Below, in pieces: positions 30,604-45,455 of a stretch of DNA of 64,000 bases (position 1 is its first letter; every line of letters begins with the position of its first letter). Under the pieces are notes generated by a model. The model searched no databases. It had not been told where the DNA came from and worked only from the letters and a program-made list of their open reading frames with translations. This DNA comes from the human T2T-CHM13v2.0 reference genome, Homo sapiens. Location of the stretch: the NCBI RefSeq assembly GCF_009914755.1, contig NC_060931.1, one strand, 5' to 3'. The position numbers and the translations under genes were made by a program.

Positions 30604-31583
30604 AGGCTGGGAAGATTTAAACGTAGTTCTTTCTAGTCCTATGATTTTTTAAATTCACACAAATTTTATACTATAAACATTTTTCATATAGAAAAGTATA
30701 AGGCATGTTTTTATATTGGTGGACGTTTTAGTCTTAAATGGAAGATAAGTTATGTTAGATAATTTCTTACAAATTGTGAAACTCTATGTGCACTATCAAA
30801 TTTAATCTTTACAATAGCCTTTTAAAAGAATATTATTTTCTAGATGAGAAATCCTCAGTTGTCATTAAAAGACTTGCCAAGTTCTAGACTAGCTCCATCT
30901 TAAATGCTCTTTCAACTCACTAAACTATATTGCATTAATTATTCTGTCATAGGAAACAAGATCTATACATAACACTGAATTACATTGGCCAAGTTCAGAG
31001 TAGACAAAATAATAGATGAGCTATCATTTCAGAAATAGGAAATATCACTAAAAACTATGATGAACTAAAATTAAGTTGAGAATGTTAAAGCTGAAGCCAG
31101 ACTCTTAGGGTAGGAATCAAAGGGTTCAGCCCTACCTAGCTATACAGTTTTACTTCTGCTTATTCCCTGTGCAGATCCCCAGCTTCAAGCAAACTCATTG
31201 TGCTTAAAAACACTTTGATGATTTAGCCTTAGTTATGCAATTCCTAAGTTTGCCTTTATCCTGTCACCTATAGGAAACAATTGGAGGTTTTATAGAAGGT
31301 AATTTAATGACTACTACTACCCCTTCACCTATAACTTAAATATGGTCAGATCTTGAACCCTGGTATCCCTGAAGCTGACTGTAATACCCCATGCCCTAAT
31401 AGAGGCCATTCTCCTTATTTTTCTCCAAATGAGATATTTTAATGTTGGACCTGATTACCAGCATGTGTACCTTTTAGTAGAAGGTATGCATATTGAACCT
31501 AGATTCCCCCAGCTGTTTTAAACCTTTCCCCCACTTCCTTTGTCTCTTCTCACCATCAGGGAAATCTACTGTAGAGGGACCAG

Positions 31584-32106
<523 letters not shown>

Positions 32107-32334
32107 TGATTAATAACCCATACTGCTATGTGTACATCTTCAAGGGTTTCTTTGAGAAAATACTATTTAGAACATATCCAGAATCCAGACAACTTCTCAA
32201 CACCTCTGTTGCTACAGTCCTGGTACAAGAACCTATCAGCTGTTGCCTGATTAACCCTAGTAACCTGCAAATTGGTCTTCCTGTTTCTATTCATGCCTTC
32301 CTACAGTCTCTTCCCAAACACAGGAGCTAGAATT

Positions 32335-32975
32335 TTTTTCGCCTTTTTATTTTTAAGTAATTTTAGACTTATGGAAAGGTTGCAAAAATAGTACAGAGAG
32401 TTTCTGTATGCCTTTCAACCTAATGTTAACACCTTGCATAACCATAGTTATCAAAAGTAAGAAATTAACATTGGTACAGTACTACTAACTAAACTATTTA
32501 CTGTGTTTAGATTTCACCAGTTTTCCATTAATGTCATTTTATCCATTTCAGAATCCAGTCTAGGGCCCTATATGGCATTTAGTTTTCATTCTCCTTAGTC
32601 TCCTTTAAACTGCAAACAGTTGTGCTGTCTTTTCTTGTTTTGATGGCCTTGACACTTTTGAAGAGTACTAGCCAGTTATTTGTAGAACATCTCTCAACTT
32701 GAGTTTCTGTGATATTTTCTCATATTATGTTGATATAAATTTTTTCACAAGAGTACTACAGAACTTATGTGCCTTTTTTAGTGCATCAGGTTGGGGTACA
32801 GGATGTCAGTAGGTTACAGGTGGTGTTTCCTGGTCAGAGTATTAATCTCCTGTGCTTCTCCACTGTGAATTACTGTTTTTTACATTCTAATTATGAAATA
32901 TCTTGGGGGAGATGCTTTGCGTCCATGCAAATATCATGTTTCTTCTCAAACTTCTGTCCACAAATTTTAAAATTC
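32335..32975 (-). mobile_element. L1MC-type 3' end
   Basis: ttttagacttatggaaaggttgcaaaaatagtacagagagtt...gacacttttgaagagtact. Confidence 0.75.
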
Positions 32976-32979
32976 ATCT

Positions 32980-34530
<1,551 letters not shown>

Positions 34531-35124
34531 AAAATGTTAAGCAAGAGCTAAGAAAGATCAAGCTTAAAAACCTGCACACAGAATAAATCAAAGCCTTACA
34601 GTGTTCATCTGTGTATCCCCACTGAAATATAAACTCCATAAATGTAGTGATTTTTATCCTTTTGTTCATTTGTATTTTTTGACTGAAGAAAGTAGATATT
34701 AATACTGCTGGTTTACAGTTGAGGAAACATCTCAAAGAGGTTAAGTTACCTGATAAACTAGATAACAAGCTGACTTCCACCACACTGCTCCTCACCATCA
34801 CATTTCTGGCCCCTACTTTTGGCTTAGCATAGTTTCAAAATTAGTCCGTGGTTCTAAACTCTGACATGCATTATAATCAACTGGGAAGCTTTTAAATTTC
34901 CCACTCTGGCCTCGTTCCCCTTAAGACCAGTTGAAATCATCTCCTCAGGTGATTCTGATGCACAGGGACAAAATTACCATTGGTCAATAATGCATGCAAT
35001 AATGCATGTTGACTGGGGGAATGAACAGGTTGAGAGCTTAGTATTTTATTTGCCCACATGCTTTTTGTCCACTGACTTTTCTTTTTTCTGCTGCCTTGTT
35101 TTCTTTCTTTACCTTATCCTTTGA

Positions 35125-35421
<297 letters not shown>

Positions 35422-35528
35422 TGAAGTATTATTACAGTAACCACTAGAGCATTTCTTTGGAATTTGAGCTTTCTGGAATCTTAGAAACTCATCTGTTTGA
35501 TTTCAACCTGGAGTGGGATGGGGTTGTG

Positions 35529-35657
35529 TTGGGACCTGCTGCCTGAATGAACTTCCTGCCTGTTTCTCTACTGGCTAAAGCATTTAGTTGTAGATTTAAG
35601 GTTGTTGTTATCAGTAATGCAGATAATTGCAGAAGACTAAATTGAGTATATGTATGA

Positions 35658-35695
<38 letters not shown>

Positions 35696-35832
35696 TGGGA
35701 CCTGCTGCCTGAATGAACTTTCTGCTTGTTTCTCTACTGGCTACAGAGTTTAGTTGTAGATTTAAGGTTGTTATTATCAATAGTGCAGATAACTGCAGAA
35801 GACTAAATTGAGTATGAGTGTGTGTGTGTGTG
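35529..35832 (+). repeat. Tandem duplication, period 166 bp, each unit ending in (TG)n
   Basis: ttgggacctgctgcctgaatgaactt starts at 35529 and at 35695. Confidence 0.95.
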
Positions 35833-36074
35833 ACCTATATCCAGTTAAAATGAAGAATGGGAATCAGTTATATACTTTTATATGGTTACTATTTTTACTA
35901 AAAATACTTTTATGGGAACAGTTGAATTAGGATTTGGTTATTTATTTGTGAAGAACTTCATCTTCTGTAAAAGATTTCTGGGAGTAGTTTGTTAATTTAA
36001 GTACCGTTGAGTTTTTGTTACAGATTATTAACCTATCAATGGTGCAGTTGGGAGACAGAGATTTGAAGCTAGAA

Positions 36075-36770
36075 TTATACACTTATTTGTGGGAGTTGAA
36101 AGTTAAAATAATTGAAGCCATGGAGATAGAAAGTAGAAGAATGGTTACCAGAGGCTGGGAAGGGTTGTTGTGGGTTGAAGGGGAACTGGGGATGGTTGAT
36201 GGGTAGAAAAAAATAGAAAGAATGACTAAGATCTTGCTATCACAGTAGAGTGATTATAGAATTTATTGTACGTTTTAAAATAACTAGAAGAATATAATTG
36301 GGCTGGGTGCAGTGGCTCGCACCTGTAATGTCAGCACTTTGGAAGGCCGAGGTGGGCAGATCACCTGAAGTCAGGAGTTCGAGACCAGCCTGGCCAAAAT
36401 GGCGAAACCCCGTCTCTACTAAAAATACAAAAATTAGAAGGTTGTGGTGGCGTATGCCTGTAGTTCCAGCTACTCGGGAGTCTGAGGCATGAGAATCGGT
36501 TGAACTTGGGAGGCGGAGGTTGCAGTGAGCTGAGATCATATTGCTCCACTCCAATTTGGGCAACAGAGCGAGATCCCGTCTCAAAAAAAAAAAAAAAGAG
36601 TATAATTGGTTTGTTTGTAACACAAGGACAAATGCTTGAGGTGGTGGATACCCCATTTACCCTGGTGTGATTATTATGCATTGCATGCCTGTTTCAAAAT
36701 ATCTCATGTACTCCCTAAATATATACACCTACTATGTATCCACAAAAGTAAAAATTTTAAAAAAGAAAGA
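36075..36770 (+). mobile_element. L1MA-type 3' end, interrupted by an Alu
   Basis: agaatggttaccagaggctgggaagggt; tgtttgtaacacaagga...atatacacctactatgta. Confidence 0.85.
36301..36597 (+). mobile_element. AluSx/Sz
   Basis: Dimer; TSD aagaRtataattg. Confidence 0.92.
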
Positions 36771-36849
36771 GTTATAAAGGCATTCACAATTAAAAGTTAA
36801 TCAGAAATTAAGTAAAGCTTTCTGGAGTCCATCAACAGGCTACATTTTT

Positions 36850-37164
36850 CTTTTTCTTTTTTTTTTTTTTTTTTTTTGAGACAGAGTCTTACACTGTGGC
36901 CTGGGCCTGGGCTGGAGCGCAGTGGCGTGATCTCAGCTCGCTGCAAGCTCCACCTCCCAGGTTCAACCAATTCTCCTGCCGCAGCCGCCTGATTAGCTGG
37001 TATTACAGGCACCCGCCACCACGCCCGGCTAATTTTTTGTATTTTTAGTAGAGACGGGGTTTCACTATTTGGCCAGGCTGGTCTTGAACGCCTGACCTCA
37101 TGATCTACCTGCCTCAGGCTCCCAAAGTTCTGGGATTACAGGCGTGAGCTACCACACCCGGCCC
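36850..37164 (-). mobile_element. AluS
   Basis: Reverse dimer; TSD ggStacatttttctt. Confidence 0.92.
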
Positions 37165-38430
37165 AGGGTACATTTTTCTTCTTCTCATTAAATACTTATT
37201 AAGTGCTGTGCTTTACTACTCAAAGATGATGAAACCTTGCCCAGGTTTTCCTGTAAAGAATTAGAAGCCCAAAATAAGGAATTCTTTTCGCCTGTTTGGT
37301 ACTCCAGTACTTGCCTCATGAAGCTCTATACATAGACATATTTTGGAGTTCCAGAAATATTACTTAAGGTTTTGATTCAAACAGAGGGAACAGTCACCTC
37401 AGGCAATAATAGCTGTGGCTAGGGAAAAGTAAAAGGATACATGTGGCAAATTTCTAGGCAAGGTTTGTGAAGATAAATCTGAGGGGAATTGAGCTGTGAC
37501 CGTTTAGATGATGCATTTCTTAGTGACTTTCTGGCTCATTGATCAAAATTTTAAAATGAAACAGATATGAAAATAACTGAAAGCCACAAAATGACTTCTC
37601 AATGCCATTATCCTTTTCAACAGAGTAACAGTAATATTTAATGCACATTTAGAGTATTATAGATTTTTTTTAAAAACTTGTTGCTTTAAATGAGTACTCC
37701 ATGATAACATTACTTTCTTAGATATTTCTTTTTTTTACTTCTTAGATACAAATTATTTTTCTTATAGAATATTTCACTAAAGTAGTAATATAAATCTCAG
37801 AAAATGTGCTATTTATTAATCTAATCCAGAACTTTGGAAATGTTTATAATTTGTGTTTTATTCTATCAAGGACCAAAACAACTGAAAGTTTCCCAATAGT
37901 AGCTGTAGTATATTGTGTATAGTATGGGAGAGAAGGATTTGCTCCTCTTATTGGATGAAACAATAAAAGTATAATATTTTAGGCTAAAGGTTTAGCAACC
38001 CTCTGAAAAATTAAATAAAAACTTAACTATGTCATATGATCCAATTAATATATACATGTTTATGTTGTGTATATGCATACATATTTTATACACACAAACA
38101 CACACATACACCTTTAAATAGGGTGGTTATGTATCAAAATGCTACCAGTGGTTTTCTTGCAGTAAACCGTGAGGTAAACCATGAGCTTTTAAATTCTTTC
38201 TCTTTGTTCATATATTCAAAAAGCTCTACTGTATGTATGTATTTGCATATTTAAAATTAAAAAAATCAATAATAACGCTTAAAAAACCCAAATGGTGACC
38301 TCATTACATATAGTAGTGGGCCAGCAAATGTGCTGCTATAGTAAGTAGGTAGTTAATGCCTACCTCCAGAATAGGCTTGGCAGACATCTTACTCTGATAC
38401 TTAGCTGCAGGGCACCAGAAGCCTTTTATA

Positions 38431-38586
38431 CAGTGGTGTCTGCACATTGAAAATCACATAAGGAGCTTAAATACCCGTGCCTGGGTGCTTCCCCTAGAGA
38501 CTCTGATTTTTGTTATGAGATGTAGTTTGGTCAGTAGAACTCTGAAGTTCCCCAGGTTATTATACAGCCAAGGTTGAGAACTACCC
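38431..38586. mobile_element. MER5-type MITE
   Basis: cagtggt...cccctagagactctgatt...cagccaaggttgagaactac. Confidence 0.65.
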
Positions 38587-38630
38587 TACACAAAGCCTAT
38601 GTCGAACACTGTGCATATTATTTTCACCTG

Positions 38631-38774
38631 TGTTTGTTGTTGTTATTGTTGTTGTTTGTTTTGAGATGAGATCTGGCTCTGTTGCCCAAACTGGTTTCAA
38701 ACTCCTGGGTTCAAGTGATCCTCCTGCCTCACCCTCCCGAATAACTGGTATTATAGGCATGTGCCACCACACCC
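38631..38774 (-). mobile_element. FLAM (Alu monomer) with (TTG)n tail
   Basis: Single arm; TSD ttcacctgt. Confidence 0.8.
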
Positions 38775-39189
38775 TTCACCTGTTTTTTAAAGCTATGTTT
38801 TAGTGTCCAGCCTCCCACTGAATTAATAGAGTAACATGAAAGACTGTTGTATTCTCTGCCTCTAAGTTTTCCTCCCTCTATTCTATCTTCTACATTGTCA
38901 CAATAATTTTCTAAAGCATGAAATAATTATATCATTGCCCTGCATAAAAGCCTTTAATTATCTGTTCTTTTCAGGTTAAAGTGTAAGTTCCTTATCTGGT
39001 CCCAACCTATTTTTTCTTTTATCTCTTGTTAATCTAATGCTAGAGACTCTGAACTCTATTCATACTTAACTGTTCCTTGTGTAGGCCTTTTTTTCATACC
39101 TGCCTTTGCATATGCTGTTTTCTTTGTCACTAATTTTCATCATAGCTCAAGAATAGATCCAGAAACAACGTTTATTGGAATAGAATGAA

Positions 39190-39380
39190 ACTAGCATTTA
39201 TTGGACTCATTAACTAAGGACTGCAGTAGGTACTTTAAGTAACTCTTATAATCCTCACAGCCATACCTAAGAAATGGTCATTTTCCATGCTGTACAGATG
39301 GGAATCTGAGGCTTTTAGGGGATGAATAACTTGCTTAAAATTACATAACTAGTTGTAGGCAAATACGGTATTTTGAACTT
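39190..39380 (-). mobile_element. MIR
   Basis: aatcctcaca...tacagatgggaatctgaggct...taacttgc core. Confidence 0.65.
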
Positions 39381-40177
39381 CATGTCCAGTGTTTGTTTCT
39401 ATGACCTTCCCCCACCCACTTCACATTGCTTCAGTAGTAAATAAATTAGCAATCACATTGCCCATGTGATGATTATCATAACCTCTTTCCAGACATAGTA
39501 TGCATAAACATTTGATGTTTTCAGACTTAAATTCTGTATAGCAGAAAGAAATAAATTTAATGGTCTTAAATGGTAGAATAATCACTGTATTGTTCTGTGT
39601 ATTATCAGTTTTAGTACTTTTCTGTGATAATCTAAGTATCATTGAATTGTGTATTCCTGTATGTTTACATTTTAAGTCTTTTCTGTGATGTCCTCATAAA
39701 GTACTGAGCAGTTTCACTTTTCCTTTACTGCATTTTAACGCCTCTTCTGCAGTTCTTGTTTGGGCAAAATTTCCTACATTTTTCACTATCCCACAAATTG
39801 GCTGAGTAAGATTTATACATAATTTATACAGAAATTTAAGTGTTTTCAACCATAAAATTCAGTCAAGCTCATTTTCTGCCATGTGAAGAGGAAAATTGAA
39901 AAGTTTTATATATAGATAATTTTTGTAATCCGAAGGACTGCCTGTGAAACCTTAACAGTCTCTGTGTGGGAAAGTGTTAAAGTTTAACAATAAGTTAATT
40001 TGGACAGTGTTAAAAATTTGAGATTTTTTTGGCTGTTAAGATAAATTTGGTAAAATGTAATATAGTTGGTTCCCTTATCGATGATTCCCAGATTTTTTTT
40101 AGTGTTCCTAATTGTGTTATTGTTTCTTTTGTGATTATTGTTTTACAATCTAATTTGAATAACTTTTCCTTCATTAG

Positions 40178-40267
40178 AATGTGAAAGATGTTGCAGAAGT
40201 GTTCCAGAAGTGGCTGAAGATAGAAGGAAAAAAGTGCCACTGCCTATCAGAAAAAACAAAACAAAAC
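40178..40267 (+). other. ANKIB1: 5'UTR portion (90 nt) of the start-codon exon
   Basis: Acceptor cttttccttcattAG ends at 40177; ATG at 40268. Confidence 0.85.
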
Positions 40268-40455
40268 ATGGGAAATACAACCACCAAATTCCGTAAAGCA
40301 CTCATCAATGGTGATGAAAACCTGGCCTGCCAAATATATGAAAACAATCCTCAGCTAAAAGAATCTCTTGATCCAAATACATCTTATGGGGAGCCCTACC
40401 AGCACAATACTCCATTACATTATGCTGCTAGACATGGAATGAATAAAATATTAGG
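40268..40455 (+). CDS. ANKIB1: First coding exon (188 nt): MGNTTTK N-myristoylation-type start and first ankyrin repeat ([11 protein letters not shown])
   Basis: Strong Kozak context aacATGg; TPLHxAA ankyrin motif; donor AGG|GTAAGT at 40455/40456; phase 2. Confidence 0.96.
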
Positions 40456-41513
40456 GTAAGTATTACTATAAACTAATTGGTATTAGGGTATTACCGTAAA
40501 CTAATTGGTAACAAAGTGGTGAAAAAAAAGGAACTATGATTTTTGAAAATACGGACATATACAGACATGATATATATACAAACATGTACATGTAATATGG
40601 TTTTATAGTGAATTAAACTTTCTAAAACCAAATATACCTAAATATTTGATATCATTTTCTTTATTATGATTTAGTCAAATTTTCTTTATTATATCTGAAT
40701 TAGTCCAAAGCTTTTAATGGTGAGGTTGGTTCATGTGTTCTTGTTGCTATAAATATATTTTGATCCTCATTATGTTTCATAGTATGAATTCTTGATAATA
40801 ATGTATTTAATTTACAACATTTCAATTCTAGAACAGTACTTGTCAGCTGTCAAAAAAATGCAGGGAATGGTGCCAAAGGCAAAGTTCCAAACTCTGATTA
40901 GCTATTTTTAGTTAAAAAATGGGTGCATTTGCCTTTTCTAGTCATGATCAGTTTGAATTTCCTTTCTTTTAATGGGATTCAGTTACTTGAAAAGATGTTT
41001 CTAAAATCCAAACATTTTCTTAAAACTGAAAATACTAAGAAACTTTAAAAAATACCTATTCAACGAGGAAGCTTTAGTGACATAGCAAATCTATTTATAT
41101 GAAGATTCTTACCTAATCACATGGGAATTACATTTGATATTTACTAGCTTATAAAATAAAGGGAACAAAGAATAGACCAGTAGCTACAAAGCAAGGTTAA
41201 TTTTTTTAGAAGTAGATTATGCAGGTATAGGAGTCTGATGCTGGAAGAGAAAGGAAAAAAATGCTTATTTTCTTATGCAGTGAAATATAATTCTAGAACT
41301 AGTATTCAGAGCTCTTTGGAACTTGATTAAAAAAACTTAACGTTCAGCCTTTTTCCTGTTTCTTCCGTGTACAAATTATTGTTCCAATTAAGCTGCTTTT
41401 TTTGCTATCTCCAAAACATGCCGTGAGGTTTCTGTCTGCCATGTCCATGCTGTTCTCTTGGCCAGGAGTATCCCCCTCTTTCTCACTCCTCTCCCTTTTC
41501 CCTCTCTTACCTA

Positions 41514-41776
41514 ATTTTTTTTTTTAATAGAAACGGTGTCTTGCTCTGTCACTCAGGCTGGAGTGTAGTGGTGTGATCATAATTTGCTGTAACCTCATAC
41601 TTCTAGACTCAAGCTATCCTCCTACCTCAGCTTCCCAAGTAGCTAGGACTACAGGCCTCGGCCACCATAGCCAGCTAATATTTTGTGTGTTTTTTGTAGA
41701 GCTGGGATCTTGCTGTGTTGCCCAGTCTAGTCTTGTACTCCTAGCCTCAAGCCATCCTCTCACTTGGCCTCCCAAA
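41514..41776 (-). mobile_element. AluJ, 5'-truncated
   Basis: Reverse Alu ending at cctcccaaag. Confidence 0.85.
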
Positions 41777-42339
41777 GGGTCTTTTTTATCTAAATTTTGC
41801 TCTTCAAGATCCTGTGTGTGCCACATCTATCTACTTAGATTGTCATAACCCATGGGAACCTCTCTCTTTTTAAAAAACTTTTAAGGCTCTTTATCATTTG
41901 TTTGTTTGCCTCACGTATTTGCTATATATTACCTATTATATTTTACAATTTTGTATAGCTTCTCTCTGCCTACCTATATTAATAACTTTTTTAAAGGTAT
42001 CTTTGTACTTCTAGCATCTAGCATAGTATTTTACACAGAGTAAATAGAAGTTCTATAAAATCATTACACAAAGAAATATTTTTATTATCAGAATTTATGA
42101 ATGAGAAAAATTTCATAAATAATTTAGGTCATCCAGGCCTATGACTTAATTAGGTTTATCTTGATTTTTATAGGTATTTCTTTTATCTAATTTTTTTGCT
42201 TCTATCTTTCATTTTTATTTCTCTAAAAATAGATACTTAGAAGCCACCTCCAGCTTAGTTGTTTGAAATTTTATATTTTCCCTTCCAAAACTGGGTCTTC
42301 CACATGTTAATGACACCAGCATATCATGCTGATATAATA

Positions 42340-42770
42340 ATGGCAAATGTTTATTGAGGGCTTACTGTTTAATAGAGCTATTAACAGTGCTGTACATGCA
42401 TTATCTGAATCCTCATTACAATTTTATGAGGTAGTTTATTGTCTGTATTTTATAGGTGAGAAAACTGAAGCACAGTAAGGTCTCACAACTTGTAACTGGC
42501 GAAGCTTGTTGCCCAGCTAGACGACTGTAAGCTTTGGGCTCTTAACCACTGTACTGACAGCCTCTTATTTCTATAGTCGTATCAGCTTATGTGTCAGGGC
42601 TGCCTGTCACTTATTAGCAAAGCAAATTACTTTGTCACTCTGGACTGCAGTTTTCTTATCTGTATAATGGATATTTACCTCACAGAACTTGTAGAACAAT
42701 TAAACAGTTAATGTGTTACATGTCTATTATGCTGCCCAACATACAATATACACTTGCTAATGTTTATTAT
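42340..42770. mobile_element. Two MIR fragments in opposite orientations
   Basis: ttttataggtgagaaaactgaagcacag and cagttttcttatctgtataatgg cores. Confidence 0.65.
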
Positions 42771-43812
42771 TTCTCACCGCTATAATCCTTAATATCTTTA
42801 AATCATCCTTGATTTACTCTTCTTTACCACCATGCTGCTAAGTTCACTAAGTCTTACTCTTGGATTTACTTCTTTCCATTCCTTTTGCCCTAAACTTATT
42901 TCACTCTTAATCATCCCCTGCTCCTAACACTTAAAAGTATCTGGCATCTAAATGGTTTTTTTTTTTACAAGTCTCTTCTTATAGTTTAATGTCCAGATTA
43001 ATTTTACTAAAGCATAGCCTTTCAGTGTTCTTTCTGTCTTGAGAAAGTTATAATACCTTGTTTTCTACATTATATTCTATTTGGCTTCCAAAACTCTCTT
43101 TACTTCTGGCTTCATTCTACTCAGTTAGCCTATTCTCTTGTTACTTTCTAACATGATCTTGCCATTCAAACTGGTTGATTGACTTCCCTCTTGCTTTTCC
43201 CACTTTTAAGAATGCCACCCACTTAGCTTCATTCCGGTTGTTTCTGGATTCTCAAATGGCTTCTCTCTTCTCTAATTACCTGTCCTTTAAGTCCTAACTC
43301 TGTTTCTGCCTTCTTTGTGAATTCATCCCCAACTACTCTGACCTCCAGTATTCTTTCTGTTCTCTGAAATTCCTACAATTTACATTTAAAATCATATTAT
43401 TATTATTATTACTAAACTCATCTCTACTAGAATGTAAATATTATAAATACAGTGCTAGACACCTAGTTTGTTCTCAATAGATTGTGGATTACTAATCTAT
43501 TAAGGCTTTTTAACATGATCTTTTTGTTTTGCTTATTTAAGTTGAACATTTTAAGTGAAATTATAAAACTGTTGATATATTACAAAACTCCTAATATTGG
43601 ATACTTCAGTAATATTTAATATCAAATATTATATGTGATTAATTAAAACTTATTTATAATACCAATATAAAATGTATTTAAGTATTATTATTACTAAGGT
43701 AATGTGTATATTTTAACATAAACCAAGTGGTAAAATACTTTTTAACCCCTTATAGTAGAGTTTACAAATATACTTTATATAAATGGAAAACATATAAGTA
43801 AGTCATTTAGTC

Positions 43813-45455
43813 CAGTGATTCTTAAAATGTGTTCTGAGGACTCCTGGATCCAGAGACTCTTTCAAAGGGTACATGAAGTCAAAACTATTTTTATAATTAT
43901 ACCAAGATGTTATTTGCCTTTTATACTGTGTTGGCATTTGCAGTGGCAGGACAAAAAATAGAGGATAAAACTGCTGGCACCTTTAAGATGAATGAAGGTA
44001 GTTGTACCAAACTGTATTAGTAATCATTGTATTCATCACTGTTAGGCACTTGCAGTTAAAAAAAAAAAAAAAAAAAAGCAGTTTCCCCTAAAAAAATCCT
44101 CGATTAAAGCAGTAAAATTAATTTTAATTAATCTCCACCCTTAAGTAACACATCTTTTTAATATTCTGTGACAACTTCAAGGTATGCATAAAGCATTTCT
44201 GCTACATACCAGAATACGACGATGGCTCTGAGGAAGCACACCTGTGCTGTTGTTTGAGTTGTGAGTTGAACTGCGTACTTTTTTAATGGAACAGCATTTT
44301 ACAACTAGCAATAACAAGAAAACAATGGTTGTTTAGACTTGGGTACTTAGCCAACATTTTCTTGAAAATGAATTGAGTCTGTCACTTCAGGGAAAACTAC
44401 TGCCAGTTATTTGTTGCTAATGATAAAATTTGAGCTTTCAAGTGATTATTAAAATCCAGGAAAACTTGTATTCACTACCTTCAGCTCAACAACTTCTCAA
44501 CACAGACTTTTCTGATAAGATTGATGATGATAGCTTTTTATATTGTTTAATGAAATGTGACATCTGGAAGATCTGCGTAACTCAGTAAATCAATATTTTT
44601 GAGAAGATCAGTGTATGATTTTTAAAAATTATGTATGGGTGAAAGATATATTCAAAATGTAAGATAGACCAATGGACTTTAATGTAACAGTACAAAAAGG
44701 TCATTGATATCATTTCAAATACTACACTGCAACTAATCTTTAAGAAATTACCGATGTTGAATTTTTGGTATAGTATCAAATATGAATATTCACTATTATC
44801 TGAGACAGATATTTAAAAACATTTCTCACTTTCCTAACTATATAAAGGCTGGATTTTCTTTATATAGTTAAATCAAAACAATACATTACAACAGATGGAA
44901 TCCTGTGAAAATCCAGCTGTCTTCCATTAGACTAGACATTAAAAGAGATTTGTAAACATGGAAAAACAATGCCGCTCTTTTCACTTAATTTTTTAAAATG
45001 TAGTTATTTTTATTTAAACATGTTGTTAATATATAATGGGTTTATTTTTAAAATTAATGTATCCATATAAACAAAAACTCTTAGGAACCTACAGTAATTT
45101 TGTTTTTTTTTCTGAGACAGGGTCTTGCTCTGTTTCCCAGGCCGGAGTGCAGTGGCACAATCACAGCTCACTGCAGCCTCGACCTCAGGCTCAAGCAATT
45201 TTCCTGCCTCAGCCTCCCAAGTAGCTGGGACTACAGGCATGTGCCACTATGTCTGGCCAATTTTTTTTTAATTTTTTGTAGAGATGGGATTTCGCCATGT
45301 TGGCAGATAGATCTTGAACTCCTGAGCTCAAGCAGTCCACCCTTCCTCGGCCTCCCAAAGTGTGGGGACTTACAGGCATGAGCCGCCACACCTGGCCAGT
45401 AATTTTTAAAATCGTATAAGGGTCTTGTTAACCTAAAATAATATAAGAACTGCTG
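43813..45455. mobile_element. Charlie1a-like hAT element with both ends, interrupted by an Alu
   Basis: cagtgattctt...aagaactgctg termini; decayed 8-bp TSD atttagtc/atctggtt; gaagtcaaaactatttt and tgttgctaatgataaaatttgagctttcaag internal motifs. Confidence 0.85.
45102..45397 (-). mobile_element. AluJb-like
   Basis: Reverse dimer; TSD cagtaatttt. Confidence 0.9.

Noticed and set aside
35529-35832. CRISPR-like or other repeat-spacer array
   Set aside because: There are only two long units and no spacers, in a eukaryotic intron.
40178-40455. Single-exon circle as an endless ORF
   Set aside because: 278 nt is not a multiple of 3, so the frame shifts at the junction and reaches a stop.
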